Shown piece by piece: positions 37,185 through 51,030 of a stretch of 51,030 bases of DNA. The DNA comes from Neocallimastix sp. 'constans' (Eukaryota). Each line of letters opens with the position of its first letter. Position 1 is the first letter of the stretch. The position numbers and the translations under genes are program-made. The stretch lies in NCBI GenBank assembly GCA_050613775.1, contig JBODTK010000129.1:434001-485030 (forward strand), read 5' to 3'. The notes beneath the pieces are model-generated. The model ran no database searches. It was given only the letters and a program-made list of their open reading frames with translations, and had not been told where the DNA came from.

Positions 37185-37953
37185 ATTAAACAAAAATAAA
37201 ATAAAATAGAATAAAATAAAAAGTAGAATATTAAATAAGAAAGTACAGATTGAATAAAATAAAATAAAATAAAATAAAATAAAATAAAATAAAATAAAAT
37301 AAAATAAAATAAAATAAAATAAAATAAAAAGTAGAATATTAAATAAGAAAGTACAGATTGAATAAAATAAAATAAAATAAAATAAATAAATAGTTGAAAT
37401 ATAAATATAAGTACAGATTGAATAAAATAAAATAAAATAAAATAAAATAAAATAAAATAAAATAAAATAAAATAAAATAAAATAAAATAAAATAAAATAA
37501 AATAAAATAAAATAAAATAAAAAGTAGAATATTAAATAAGAAAGTACAGATTGAATAAAATAAAATAAAATAAAATAAATAAATAGTTGAAATATAAATA
37601 TAAGTACAGATTGAATAAAATAAAATAAAATAAAATAAATAAATAGTTGAAATATAAATATAAGTACAGATTGAATAAAATAAAATAAAATAAAATAAAA
37701 TAAAATAAAAAGTAGAATATTAAATAAGTAAGTACAGATTGAATAAAATAAAATAAAATAAAATAAATAAATAGTTGAAATATAAATATAAGTACAGATT
37801 GAATAAAATAAAATAAAATAAAATAAAATAAAATAAAATAAAATAAAATAAAATAAAATAAAATAAAATAAAATAAAATAAAATAAAATAAAATAAAATA
37901 AAATAAAATAAAATAAAATAAAATAAAATAAAATAAAATAAAATAAAATAAAA
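37185..37953. repeat. Compound satellite: (AAAAT)n punctuated by eight AAGTACAGATTG-containing modules
   Basis: Two module types (AGTAGAATATTAAATAAG-AAGTACAGATTG and AATAGTTGAAATATAAATAT-AAGTACAGATTG) are separated by variable AAAAT runs. Confidence 0.93.
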
Positions 37954-38229
37954 TGATATAAAGAATTAAAATCAATGATTGTTAAATATTAAGGGGTTCT
38001 CCATTATTTTCCCTTTTTTTAATATATATTTATTTTAAGACAATGAAAGACTTATATGTGTATATATTATAAAATATATATATAAAGTAATTTTAATAGT
38101 TATTTTTAATATTAGGTTTATGAGATATGGATTTTTGAGATTTGACTTGTAAAATAGAAATTTAATATTTATTTATTTTTTTTTTTTTGAATTGAATTGA
38201 AATATATATATTTATTTGTAAATTTTTTA

Positions 38230-39490
38230 TTATTATTTCAGATTGAGAAGTCCTCAAATGTCTTTTTCATTATTATACCATTTTTTTTAAATAATCTATT
38301 AATCAGTTTTTGCATATTTAATTATTTTTTTTTAGTTTTAGAGATTACATGTCTTCAAAAGATTTATCTACATTAATAACAGAAGTTGCCATTCAGGAAC
38401 GAAAATAGGAAAACACTTAATAAACCATAATCAGGCATCATTTCGTATGATTCAAAAAAATTTTTTATAATCACTTAAATATAATAATGTAAAGAATCTC
38501 AAATCTAAACATAGATTCTGACTTTGAATCATTTATTTATTATCCTTACAATGTTATACAATATTACAATCCTTTCTTCATTAACTATGTATCTAACTAC
38601 ATATACTAATTATTGGAATTAACGATTCTTCTTAACTAAATTGATGCTATATAATGTTATAATCCTTTCTTCACTTGCTTTGCATTTAATTACAAATAGT
38701 AATTATGGAAATTAATGGTTCTTCTATACTAAATGAGATTATAACGATAATTTATCAATAGGGTATAGTTAACTTTTCTTATATTAATCTAAGCTCAGAT
38801 CTTATTCTCTTTTAATAGGTAAATAGTCCAAAACTTTATGAATTTCTGTTCTTAATGATAGGAATTCCCCATTATCGAAGGATCAAAAAAGCAACTTCAT
38901 CACTACAAGTCATTTATCCCTGTATTAACTTTTTTTTTTTTTTAGATATCTCTAGCTTGAAATTTTCTGAATTTAAAGATTCAAGAGGACATACTTTTAT
39001 GCTTTAAATTCACACCTTAAAGTAAAAATCAAAGTAATTTTTGTTAATTCGTTCGATTAAAAATTTCTATTCATGCATTTCCCTTAAGAAACCTGTATAA
39101 TATTTTAATAGATGTGCTGCCTCAATCAAACTCCTAGCTTGTTAATTTTTTTTCTCAAACCAGATCAGTTTTTAAAGAATCTTAAATCTGAAAAAACAAA
39201 ACTAGAAGTTCGATTCTCAAATTATTGTATAGAAAACAAATAATAAAAGAAATAAAATAATAAAAATAGTGGAATTTCCAGGTTGCTGAGGTTCATACTT
39301 TTACCACATCTTTTCGTTTATAGACTTTATATTATTATTAGTTTATTTGTTTAATATTTTTATTTACTGTATTATATTTATTATCATTTTTTAATGAAAT
39401 TTTGTTTAAAATACTCTGTAATAATATTGTTTATTTTTTTATTGATATTACTGTTAATATTATTTCGAAATCAATTCAACAGGAAATCCT
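38230..39490 (-). pseudogene. Heavily decayed fragment of the 3' part of the 28S (LSU) rRNA gene
   Basis: The plus strand carries, in the right order, degenerate reverse-complement LSU landmarks: GATTCTGACTT, ATGATAGGAA, ATCGAAGGATCAAAAAAGCAAC, TTATCCCTGT..TAACTTTT, CTCTAGCTTGAAATT, ATTCACAC, AGATGTGCTGCCTCAATCAAACTCC, TAGTGGAATTTC, TCAACAGG. Recognised from memory of the LSU consensus; boundaries are approximate. Confidence 0.85.
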
Positions 39491-39979
39491 ATCAACTTAT
39501 TTAATTTTCAATTATAAAATATTATTAAACATTAATTTGGCAATAAATTAAAAGATTTATTAAAAAAAAATTAAAAATAAATTTATGGTAAAACAATTCT
39601 AAAAACAAAAAGTAAAAATTTTATCAAAAATAACCATATATATTTAATTATATTTAATATATTCTGAATATATAAATTTAAATATTTAAATAAAATTTCT
39701 TTTGATATTATCATTATTATTATTATTGTTAAGAGTCAGGAATTTATGATTTATAATTACGTCAACTTCATTAATATATTTTATAATAAAGAATTACTAA
39801 CACTTAATTATTTTAAATTAAATGTCTTTATACTATTATATTGTGACTTCAGCATTAATTACATTACAATACATTTGAAGCTAAATTTTCATATATTTCA
39901 TATATTCTACCATTTCCTCTTAAACCTAGATATTCTATAATGAATAAATTGATTAACTAGTGAATATATGTATATAAAA

Positions 39980-42620
39980 TTATCTTATGCAAAATAATTT
40001 AAAATATCTCTGACATATAGTCTCATATAAAGAAATATCAAAAATGTCACAGGCGTCATTGGAAATTATGGTATCATTTGAAACCTCACTAAAAGTATAA
40101 TTATTAAAAGTATTATCATTTTGTGTATTAGATGAATCAAATAAATTATTGGTAATTTTATTTGAGGATGTTGAAATTTTTAAAATTTTTATTTTTATTG
40201 TCATAAAAAATTTCATCCTTTTTTTTAAAAATTTTTATTATCCATAATTTTTTTAGAAATATATATAATTTTATGCTTATCATTAATGTTGTTATTATGA
40301 TTATGTGTTTCATTATTATTTAAAAGTTCATATGAAGATTGTAAAATTTTATCACATATAATTAAGAAAATATTATTTGAATTATTATTTGTTTGCTGAA
40401 CTAGGTTTTGATGATTTTATTTTACCCATTGTCTTTATAGGAATTTTTGGCTCAATTTTTGAAAAAAATTTTATTATTAAAACTTTTTCCACTTTCATCA
40501 AAATTGAAATTTTTGTCAATTTTTAATGATTTTTTCTTTGCCTATATTTTTAATAGGAAGAATATTTATTACATCAGGACTCATTGGGTTCTTTTTATCT
40601 TTTAAATTTATTTCATTTTCATTTTTCAATCAAGGATCTTTAATTTTATTATCAGTAATATTTATATTATTAATTGGAATATGGTGTATGAAATTTTTTT
40701 GAGAATTATTATTATTTTTATTAATATTTCCTTTTTAAAAAAATAATATTGTAATATCTTTTAAATTATTAGTTTTATTATTGTTAATTTCATTATTAAT
40801 TTTGAGTAAAAAATTAATTCCATTCGAATTGTTAATTTCATTTGAATTAATTTCATTTAAAAATTATCTTTTACAACATCATTATTTTCTTTTTTTATGT
40901 TAATGTCTTCTTCATTTATAATGTTATTTTCAATATTATTATTTTCATTTAAATTTTCATTTACATTACTATTTTCATTTAAATTGTTATTGTTAATATT
41001 ATTATTATTATTATTATTATTATTTTTATTGTTATTTTCAATTAAATTATTGTCTTTATTTATAATATTGTTATTGTTCATATTTAAATTGTTTACTTCA
41101 TTAAAGTTATTATCTTCATTTAAATTACTATTTTTCCTTTAAATATTATTGCCATTTAAGTCTATATTTCTAACGTTTTCCCCATCAAAGCCCATTTTTC
41201 ATAAAAGAGAAACAAGTGTCTTGAAAATTATTGCTTGAATATTCGATGTTTCCTTATTCTTCATCTATACATTCAATGTCTAATATAATTTATTTTTTCA
41301 ATTTTCTGTTCCATAATAATATATGAATACTTCTTTTTATCAAATCCAAGAAAAATACCTTTCCTAGAATTTTGTTTAAATTTTGATTTATGGGGATTTT
41401 GGTCTCTGTAGTAACATACACTTAAAAAAGTCCTTTGATGCTTTATATTTCCTTTTTTAATATAAAATACTTCATCAGGAATTAAATTATTGTTTCTTGA
41501 ATGTGGAATCATATTATTTATATGAAAAGTGTGTTTTATAACAAAATTCCAAATGTCTTCAGATAATTAGCCCAATACATGAGTATTTTACTAAATTTCT
41601 AAGTGTGTGATTAATTTTTTCAGCTTTTACGTTTATTTCTAGACATTAAGGAAGAGAATACATACTTTCAATGCCATTTTCTTTACAATGTTTTTTATCT
41701 TTTTGTTTTTATATTCCTTTCCTCCATCAGATTTAAATATTTTTATTGTATAGTCCTTGAATTGATTATTTAAATAAGTAAAGAATTCTATTATTATATC
41801 TGGAGCTTCAGCCTTTGATTGAGTGTAAATATCCAGACTTTTCTTGAGAATTCATCCATCATTGTAAAGAAGTATTTCTTGGTATTAATAGATGGTTATA
41901 ACCCAGAAATGTCTGAATGGATTATTTCTAGGAATTCTTTTGGAGTTTCTCCTTTATGAGATCCTTTCTTCATTTTAGAAATTTTTCAATCTATTTATGG
42001 AGGAGTTTTTACATCATGTAGATCTAGTTATTTAGGTAAATTACTTTGGTAAAAATGGCCTAATCTTTTTTATCATATTTCAATACTTTTATCATCTAAT
42101 TTTCCTACGTGCATTATACTATTTCTTATTGGTTAAGTACTATTGTAATTTTGTGTTTTGATAGGAAATTGATTATATTTAGATGATAAAAAAGACCTAG
42201 ATTATTTTTATTCTTATCCCATAATTTTAATCTTTTTCTTCATCAAAATCATCAGAAGAGTAAATTAATGATATAAATCCTGATTTTGCAAGTTATATAC
42301 CATTAATAAGATTTTTGTGAACATTTTTTGAAAATAAAACTTTTTCAAACTTAATATATTGTTAATTTATGAAACATTCATATGTTCCATATCCTTCAAA
42401 TTGGCAAATCGAACCGTTTACACAACACAACTTTATCAATTTATATTTGAAATTAACAAGTAAAGATTTATCATTTGTTACATGTTCGCCCTCACCTGGA
42501 TCATAAAACCATGTAACATCATCAGTTATTTCGTTATTATGATTAATATAATCAATAAATTTATTGCTTATGTCATCAAAATCATGAGTATATTTATAAT
42601 TGTTAAAAATAACCTTCAAT
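39980..42620 (-). mobile_element. Decayed copia internal fragment (protease, integrase, Asn-rich linker)
   Basis: WFYDPGEGEHVTNDKSLL (degenerate protease), LEIIHSDISG, FKSDGGKEY and IPHSRNNNLIPDEVFY...NSRKGIFLGFD, parallel to the intact element's VPHHGNNNKIPFEVFY...NSRKGIFLGYD. Many disruptions; no LTR seen. Confidence 0.85.
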
Positions 42621-42629
42621 AAATTATAT

Positions 42630-43430
42630 ATTCTCAGATGGAACTTTTTATATTGCACCTAAATTTAATTATCAAATAGAACTTATGTTAAAGATTTAAA
42701 TGGTTTATATACTGCTTTTGATATTAAAAAATTAAGAACAAGCTACTTATAAGATGTTATTTGAAGAACTAGAAAAAAAAAAGAATTATGTTATAATAAG
42801 TAACAAATAATAATATATATATTTATTATAAAGTGATTTCGAACTTCCTTTTTGTAAATCCTGAATATATAAATGATATTTATAGCAAAGTTAGGTGTGA
42901 AACAAATAATAATGACCAATTTTTGATATTTTTATGATATTTTTTTTTTAAAAAAAAAAAAAAAAAATTGTTTAAAAAATTATAAAATTTTGAATTATTA
43001 TAATAATATCGAGCATATAAAAAATAATGCATCAAAATCTTTCAATAATTATTTATATAATTTATTTTTAAAAAAAACCCTTCTTTTTATATATTAATAT
43101 ATGCATTAAAGCAAGAAGAATCTATATACCACAATGACTACAAAAAAAAAAGTGCAGAATTTAAAAAAAAAAATAAAAAATAAAATAAAACTGATAAAAT
43201 CAATGTTCTAATTGAAAAATACAAAACAATGGAATCCAAATTAATTGATGATAGAAGACCTAGATATGATATTGTTGAATTATGATTTAAATATTTAATT
43301 AATTTAAAAAATATAAATATTGATTTGGAGTAAATGATAAAAGTAATGATCAAATGAAAAAGATTATTCTAATTCTGTCGCAATTATTATTAATAATTAA
43401 AATTATTCTTAATTTAAAAAAAAACATATT
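42630..43430 (+). mobile_element. Mutator-like (MULE) transposase relic, copy A
   Basis: Begins GATGGAACTTTTTATATTGCACCTAAATTT (DGTFYIAPKF), then KNQEQATY-like and NNASESFNNYL-like segments. It is an inverted homologue of 44420-45420. Confidence 0.8.
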
Positions 43431-43466
43431 AAAAATATTTTTATCATTAAATATTAATAATTATTA

Positions 43467-43582
<116 letters not shown>

Positions 43583-44419
43583 TTTTATTAATAACTTTTA
43601 TTTCTATATCATTAACTTTATGAACATTATAAAATTAGAAAACGTGAAGGTTAGAATTTTTTTTCTGGGAAAAATTTTTATTTAAATATTTAAAAATATT
43701 TTATTTTTAAAGAATATTTTATTTTTATATTTAATTTAAAGATTTTATAAAACATATAATTTTAATTTTCATATTAATAAAATTGATTATTTTTTAAAGA
43801 ATTTTTTTATATTTTTAATAATATATATTTAATAAAAAAAATATTAATTTTTTTTATTTTAAAAACTTTTTATAGATTTAAAGAATAATGTTTTTTAAAT
43901 AATACTTTATTATAAATAATATTTTATTTAATATTTATTTTAAAGGAGAGTGTTGCTTTTCGGAAAACTATCTTTTAAAAATTTTGATAAATAAATTAAT
44001 ATATAAATAATTTTAATAAATAATATCAAATAAAAGTTGAAGATTTCTTTTTTTTTTTTTAATCTTTTTTAAAAAAAAAAAAAAAAAAAAATAAGAAATA
44101 AAATAATATATTCTTGAAATTTTTATTATATATATATCTAAAAAAAAAAAAAAAATAAAATATTCTTAAAATCCATAAAAGTTATTTAAAATAAAAATAT
44201 AATAAAATAAAATAAAATAAAATAAAAATCTTTAAATATTATTAAAAATATAAAAAAAATTTTTCTTTAAAAAAAAATCTTTAAATATTCTTAAAAATAT
44301 ATAAAAAAATATTCTTTAAAAAAAATTAATCTTTTATTAATATAATTAACGATAAAGATAATTTTAATATTGTTTTTTTTTTCTTAATTTAAAAATTTAA
44401 AAAATACTAAAGTACAATT

Positions 44420-46031
44420 ATGGATTTTTAGTTAAGAAAAATTTTAATTATTAATAATAATTGAGATTGAATTCAAATAATCTTTTTCATTTGATCATTA
44501 CTTTGCCATTTATTACAAATTAGTATATATATTATTCAAATTTATTAAATATTTAAACAATAATTCAACAATATCATTATTAGATCTTCTAATATCAATT
44601 AATTTTGGATTCCATAGTTTTATATTTTTCAATTAAAACATTGATTTTATCGGTTTTTCCTAATTATTTTTTTTCTTTTTTATTCCTTTTTTTTTCAAAT
44701 TCTTGCACTTTTCCTTTTGTAATCATTGTAAGATAAAAATTCTTCTTGTTTTAATACATATATTAATTTATAAAAAGAGTTTTTTTGAAAATAAATTATT
44801 TAAATAATTATTGAAAGATTCTGATGCATTATTTGTTATATACTCGATATTGTTATAATAATTATAGTTTTTATAATTTTTCAATTAGTTTTTTTTTTTA
44901 TTTTTTATTTTTTCAAAAAAATACTTTTAAAATTTCAAAAATTGTTCATTATTATTTGTTTCACACCTAATTTCACTATAAATATCAATTATATATTCAG
45001 GATTTACAAAAAGGAAGTTCAAAATCACTTTATAATAAATATATATATTATTATATTTTACTCATTATAATAAAATTAATTTGTTTTTAAACTCTAATGT
45101 TCTTTTAGAGTGCAAATACAGTATTTAATATTTATATTAGGAAATATTTTTTCTACTGTATTAGATATACCTTTTTCGAAATCACAATGAAAATTTTTTG
45201 AACTAATCTTAGTATTATTTCTATATTTATTAGCTTGTTTTTTTTTTTTTTTTTTTTTTTTTCTAGTTCTTCAAATAGCATCTCATAAGTAGCTTGTTCT
45301 TTATTTTTTAATATCGAAAAAGAAGTAGTATAAAAGCTATTTAAATATTTAATATAAGTTCTAGTAATAAGCACTTAATAACTAAACTTAGGTGCAATAT
45401 AAAAAGTACCATCTGCAAATATATCTTCATTATAAATAATTTTGATTAGAATGGGAGTTGGAAGATTACTAAATTTGGATTTTTGAATATCACAAAATTC
45501 TCATTTCTTACTGTTTTATAATATATTTTGACTCATCAGGAATTTCATCAAATTTTGTTATATCAAGAGGAAGCTGTATATTTATATCTCTTGTTTATTT
45601 AGGAATTTAATTGTTTTATATTCAGGACATATAAATCCTATTTCTTGGGAAACTTCATTAAATATACCTTTAGGTTTTATACCCAAAGGAATTGAACATT
45701 TTCTAATTTCATCGTTAATTTTATGTTTTGAAATTGATATAGATACATCAAATTCTTTTTCAAGATAATTAAGTAAACTTTTATATTTTAAAATTTCCCT
45801 TTTATTATTTAAAGTAGTGAAAGATTTACATTGATTCAGTTACAAAGAATAATTAAGAAAATATTTAAAAACATTTTATTTTTTATTTATTTCTAAACTT
45901 AATAATAATAATTTATTTATTTATTTATTTATTTATAATTGTATTAAAAAATATTAAAAAAATTTATGGCGTCAAATACAACAACATGGACGCCACATTC
46001 CGAAATGCAACCTTCCGAAATGCACCATACC
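44420..46031 (-). mobile_element. Mutator-like (MULE) transposase relic, copy B, with a remnant terminal repeat
   Basis: Minus-strand IFADGTFYIAPKF...LITRTY...FYTTSFSILKNKEQATYEMLFEEL...NFHCDFEKGISN...TNNASESFNNYL, which are MULE DDE motifs. The end at 45990-46031 reads GGTATGGTGCATTTCGGAAGGTTGCATTTCGGAATGTGGCG on the minus strand and resembles the MITE TIR. Confidence 0.85.
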
Positions 46032-47864
46032 TTATAATTTTAATTTTTATTTATGTAAAGAATATTTTTTTTTTTAAAGAATAATTTTTTTATATTTTTA
46101 AGATATATAAGCCTTTTTAATTTTTAAATATATATATATATATATATTTAATTTAATCTTAAATGCTTTTTATAGATTTCAAGAATGTTTTATATTTTTA
46201 GATATATATACCATGAAAATTTCAAAAATATATTATTTTTAAAGAATATATTTTTTATTTAATAAAATTTTTAAAAGTCACATTTTCAGAAATTCAACTT
46301 TGTGAAATCTCGTATAATATATATACAACATTGATATAAAACAAATATATGTAGTAACATATTTGTATATTTAATATTAATTATTAAATATTAAATTTAT
46401 ATCTTTTTGATAATAATTATTTTATTTTATTTTATTTCAATATGTATTATTATAATTATAGTAATTGTAATACTTAATTCATATAAAATTAATATAATTC
46501 TATATATTAGAATATAAAATTAATATATTACCTATTTCATATAAATAGATTAAATTATTTATATTAGAAATAGAGGACTCTCTTATAAAATTTTAGGAAT
46601 TAGAATTATTATTTTAATTGTACGAATATTATAATTTTATTAATATAATTTACTAAACTACCATTATTTAAAGCCCACTGCTTATAATATTATTGCACAT
46701 AAAAGTCCCGCATATCAACATAGTGATCACATGTATTCATTTATATCATATACACTTGATAATATAGATTAGTGAATAATAAACATTAAATAATACGAAG
46801 GGTTAACTTTCATGATTTCTTTATATCAATATAACATAAATTGAAGCTAGATACATTAGTAAAAAAGTATCTTTTTTTTTTTCTATTTTATTATTATTAT
46901 TCATGAAGTAATCCATTTGTTTATAATAAATCACCTTACTTACTATTTTGTAAGATGATTAAAAGAACTTATTAAGAAATCAAGATTGAGTAATTGATAC
47001 TCTTTTAAAACAAAAAACCCGAAAATTTCTGTTCTTAATTGAATATATATTATTATATATTATGTAGGGAAGTTCAGTATATGATAATATTTAATAAATG
47101 TTATAAAATTAATAAATAAATAAATATCTTTAATTTATCATCATGATATATTTGAAATATTATATATAAATATATTTGATTTTGGTTATAGCGTACGATT
47201 TTTTTATTCTTCGTTCAATACAAAAAAATAATTAAAAAAATTTTTTTCAAGATTTTTGATGATAATAATTTAGTATATTTAATACCATAAATTATTAATT
47301 ACAAAAAAAAAATTGTTATATATTCTATTTCAATAACTTTTTCTATTATAAATAAAAGAATAATTAAATTTTTTTCAAAAAAAAAAAAAAAAAAAAAAAA
47401 AAGTTATAATTTACTATTTTATCCTTAACCCTTCAATAATCCGTTTTTTTTTTTTTTTTTTGAAAGTATTTTATTTCCATACAAAAGAATACTCTTTAGT
47501 CTTTTTTATTTATTTGCTAATAATTAATTTATGATTTTTTAATTAAACCATATGATTAGGATAGTTATATTTAAATTTTATATTAAAAAGTTTTGTGCAA
47601 CAGTAAAAACATGTATAATTTTAAAATAATATAACCTTATTAAACTAAAATATTAATATGGTATAGTATTTTTCTTTTGGTACGAGGAAATTATAAAAAA
47701 AAAATCATGGTAAAATGATCTTGATATAGATCTTGAATATTTATATATATTAAATTAAATACCATATATTTAATTTAACCTTAAAAAAAAAAAAAAAAAG
47801 ATATTAATTAAATTTTTTTTTTCTTTGATGTATATAATATATATACATATATATACGTATATAC

Positions 47865-48260
47865 GGGTGTGGGGCATTTCGCCAAATTGCATTTCGCCAG
47901 ATTGCATTTCGCCAATTTTTTTGAAAGCATGTGGCGTATTAAAAAAATGTGGCATTTCGCCAAATTGCAATTCGCCAAGTTGCATTTCGCCAGATTGAAA
48001 ATTATTAAATAAATAAATAAATCAATAAATAAAATTAATTATTATTAATATCGCATCAAAACAATTTTAAAAAAAATATATTTTAAATTAATATTTATTT
48101 ATTTATTCATTTATTTATATCAATACTCTACTTGTCGAAATGTAACCTGGCGAAAAGCAACTTGGGGAAATGCAACTTGGGGAAATGCAACATTTTAATA
48201 CTACGCCACTTGGCGAAATGCAACCTGGCGAAATGCAATTTGGGAAAATGCAACTCTCCC
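47865..48260. mobile_element. Intact 396-bp non-autonomous Mutator-type MITE with modular TIRs
   Basis: Perfect 9-bp TSD CGTATATAC (47856-47864 and 48261-48269), GGG...CCC ends, roughly 130-bp imperfect TIRs built from 15-bp TTGCATTTCGCCAR units, and an AT-rich spacer. Confidence 0.92.
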
Positions 48261-48264
48261 CGTA

Positions 48265-48465
48265 TATACATATATATATACAATAAAAGAAGTTACTCAT
48301 CCAGTAAAAAAAAAAAAAAAAAAGAAAAAGAAAAAATACAAAAATTTTTTTTCTTTAATAAAACAATGTATATAGTATATATACATATATATACATATAT
48401 ATACAATAAAAAAAGTTGCTTATCCAGTAAAAAAAAAAAAAAAAAGAAAAAGAAAAAATACAGAT
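48265..48465. repeat. Imperfect direct duplication of about 120 bp period
   Basis: ATATATACAATAAAA(G/A)AAGTT(A/G)CT(C/T)ATCCAGTAAAAA...GAAAAA(A)TACA occurs twice, near 48275-48340 and 48397-48462. Confidence 0.75.
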
Positions 48466-49543
48466 AAAAATTTTTACACATAATTTTTAAGATTTAATTT
48501 AAAGATGATTAATATATTAGAAATAAAGATAAAATATAATAAAATATAATATTTAATATTTAACCAAGAAATAAAAATAAAATAAAAAGATAATCTATTA
48601 AAGATCATTAATATATTGTTAAAGTTAAAAAAAAATAATAATAATAAATGAACAAACTAGATAAAAATAACTAAGCAAACAAACAAACAAAATATGGATA
48701 ATAAAGAATCATAAAAAGAAAATTGGGTAAAGATGATCATGAAAGAATAATGACTTAAAATAATATGATTTACATTATGGCTTGACGACAAGAAAATAAA
48801 TTTATCCATTTTATTTAATTTTTGATAAAAAATTAAATAAAATAAAGAAAAATTCTTTTTATGGATAAAAATGAAATGTTTAAAAAAAAAAAAAAAAAAA
48901 AAAGACAAATGTATACGACAAATTCATATTACTTTGAAAAGATTATTCTTTAAAGAATTTTTAATACTTAGATTACTATTGTAGTCAATATTTTAAAGTT
49001 TTTTTTTAAAAAAAAAAAATACTTTAAATTTTTTTTATTATTTTTTTTATAGAAAAAAAAAAGCTTATTATTATTATGAATTTGTTACTTTGCATTGTTT
49101 TAATATTGTTTTAATATTGTTTTGTTCTTATTTAATATTAAAATAGTTAGATTTATCATTTTATATATTTGAAAATGTTCTTTAATATATTTTAATTTTA
49201 AAAAAAAATTTTTTTTTTCTTATCAATGTGAAATTTGAAATTTAGAATAAAAAAAAAAGTTTCTTTTATATATATATAATTTAATTATCAGATTAAAAGC
49301 ATCATCATCATCATTTATTTATTTATTATAGAACATTTTATTAAGTGGTGATTACTTTTTCTGATTTAAAAATTTTTTAATTTATATGATTTTATTGAAG
49401 TTAAAATATAATAATTATAATAATTATAATAGTAAAATCTTCTAGATTAGATTGATTTGATTTTGAAAGAGATCTTTTTTTTTTTTTTTATATCAAATTT
49501 ATTTAATCTACACTAGATTTATTTGATGATTACAAAGCTGTTA

Positions 49544-49582
<39 letters not shown>

Positions 49583-51030
49583 AAATATTATAATTGATAT
49601 TTTTTTGATAATCGATTATTAAAATAAGGTTTGCTTTTAGAATTGAAGTAGATCTTAATTTTTATTTATTTTTTATTTTATTTTATTTTTATTTTTTTTT
49701 ATTATTTATAAATTTTATTATAATTAAAATAAATAAACTAAAAAATAAAAATCTATAAAATACTTACCTTTTTTTCAGTTTTAGTTATAGTTTTTTTTTT
49801 TTTTAATTAAAATAAAAAATTTTTCACAATTGATATATTTGATCCTGATTTTTTTTTTTTTTTTTTTTTATATATAAATATAATTTTTCATTATTTTTTT
49901 AATAAATTTTTTATTTGATCTTTTTATTTTATAAATTTCGATAAATATTTAGATTATAGATGATAGCATAAAGTAGAAATAAAATAAAATTAAGATATAT
50001 ATATATTTGTTTTGATCAAAGTGATATTGTTATATGTATTATTTTTTTTATTTTTATTTTTATTTTTATTTTTTTTGGATATGTTATTTTAATGAAGTTT
50101 AATTGTATTTATAATCGATTATAAATATACTAAACAATTATAAATATAATTATTAGTATCATATACTTCATCTAATTTTTATTTTTATTATTTTTTTTTT
50201 ATTATTCTTTTATTTTTAATTTTTAATTTTCAGTATCCTAATCATTAATTTTTATACTTCATCATTTTTTTTTTTTTTATGATTTTGTTCAATTAAAATG
50301 ATTGTTGTTATTTTAAGAAAACCTGATCTTTCTAAATGAAGTGTAAAAGTTTTCATCTTTCATTTCAATACTTATTAGAAGTGATCTGAATAAGTTGATA
50401 TATTTAATTTATATAAAAAAAAATTATCTATTTATTATATTAATTGCTATATTTATATTGAAAGTTTATTCTATTTATAATCAATTATTATGTTGATTAC
50501 TATTACGTGCTTGATAAATAATACTACTTTATAATTGATTGTTATGTTTATTAGTATTAATACTTTATATTAATAATACCACTTTATGTATTATTGATTT
50601 GTTATATTCATCTTTATTAATATTTAATAAATAATACAATATATGTATATTTATTACTATTTATTGCATATTTTTATATCCATCATTTCATGATAAAGTA
50701 TTAAAATATATAACTAGATCTGTTTATGTTAATTTATTACTTTTATTTTACTTAATTTATATTGTAATATAATATATACTATATATTTATTATTATTATT
50801 ATTATTATGATTTTAAATAATTATTGACTATTTATTGAATACTTTTTTATTATTATGTTTTCTAACATCAAATATTTATAAGATATTAGACGCTTTTACA
50901 ATCAATTTTTATTTATATATAATATTTATTTATAATTAATGGATACTTTTTTTTTTCTGTTTATTATGAGCAATTTTAAATCATACAATGATGATAATAG
51001 TATATACTTAATTATCAACGTTTTTGTTAT

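Noticed and set aside
37185..37953. CRISPR-like repeat-spacer appearance
   Set aside because: The spacers are AAAAT runs or repeated modules rather than unique sequences, the context is eukaryotic, and there are no cas genes.
46570..47080. Exon-like segments with possible AG/GT borders
   Set aside because: I could not build a phase-consistent chain or recognise a protein.
47770..48481. ORFs with GEMQ and KCNL repeats
   Set aside because: They are translations of the 15-bp MITE TIR units, not protein repeats.
49700..50400. Minus-strand GTAAGT donor at about 49762-49767 and a mildly GC-richer patch near 50320-50400
   Set aside because: These are isolated signals with no supportable reading frame within the window.

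Overview
Extremely AT-rich, homopolymer- and microsatellite-rich, intron-rich eukaryotic DNA. The composition and intron style suggest an anaerobic gut fungus (Neocallimastigomycota), but that is inference. Contents from left to right: (1) a full-length, very young Ty1/copia LTR retrotransposon (1459-7986) with a TTATT target-site duplication. Its primer-binding site matches the anticodon arm of tRNA-Lys(CUU), and it has a candidate GGG-AGG-C +1 gag-pol frameshift site. (2) A tandem array of five same-strand, intronless paralogues encoding a 127-135 aa basic protein I cannot assign (8694-24554), with conserved coding regions, non-alignable flanks and shared upstream motifs. (3) Decayed LINE pieces (about 17965-18560 and 25958-29270). 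(4) A minus-strand UVRAG/Vps38-like gene of at least 16 exons (30019-35227) that the ORF track almost entirely misses. One intron (34148-34379) is an AT-AC intron with the U12-type 5' splice site ATATCCTT, pointing to a minor spliceosome. (5) A junk-rich right third with a compound satellite, a decayed 28S rRNA relic, a decayed copia, two inverted Mutator-like transposase relics and an intact Mutator-type MITE with a 9-bp TSD.
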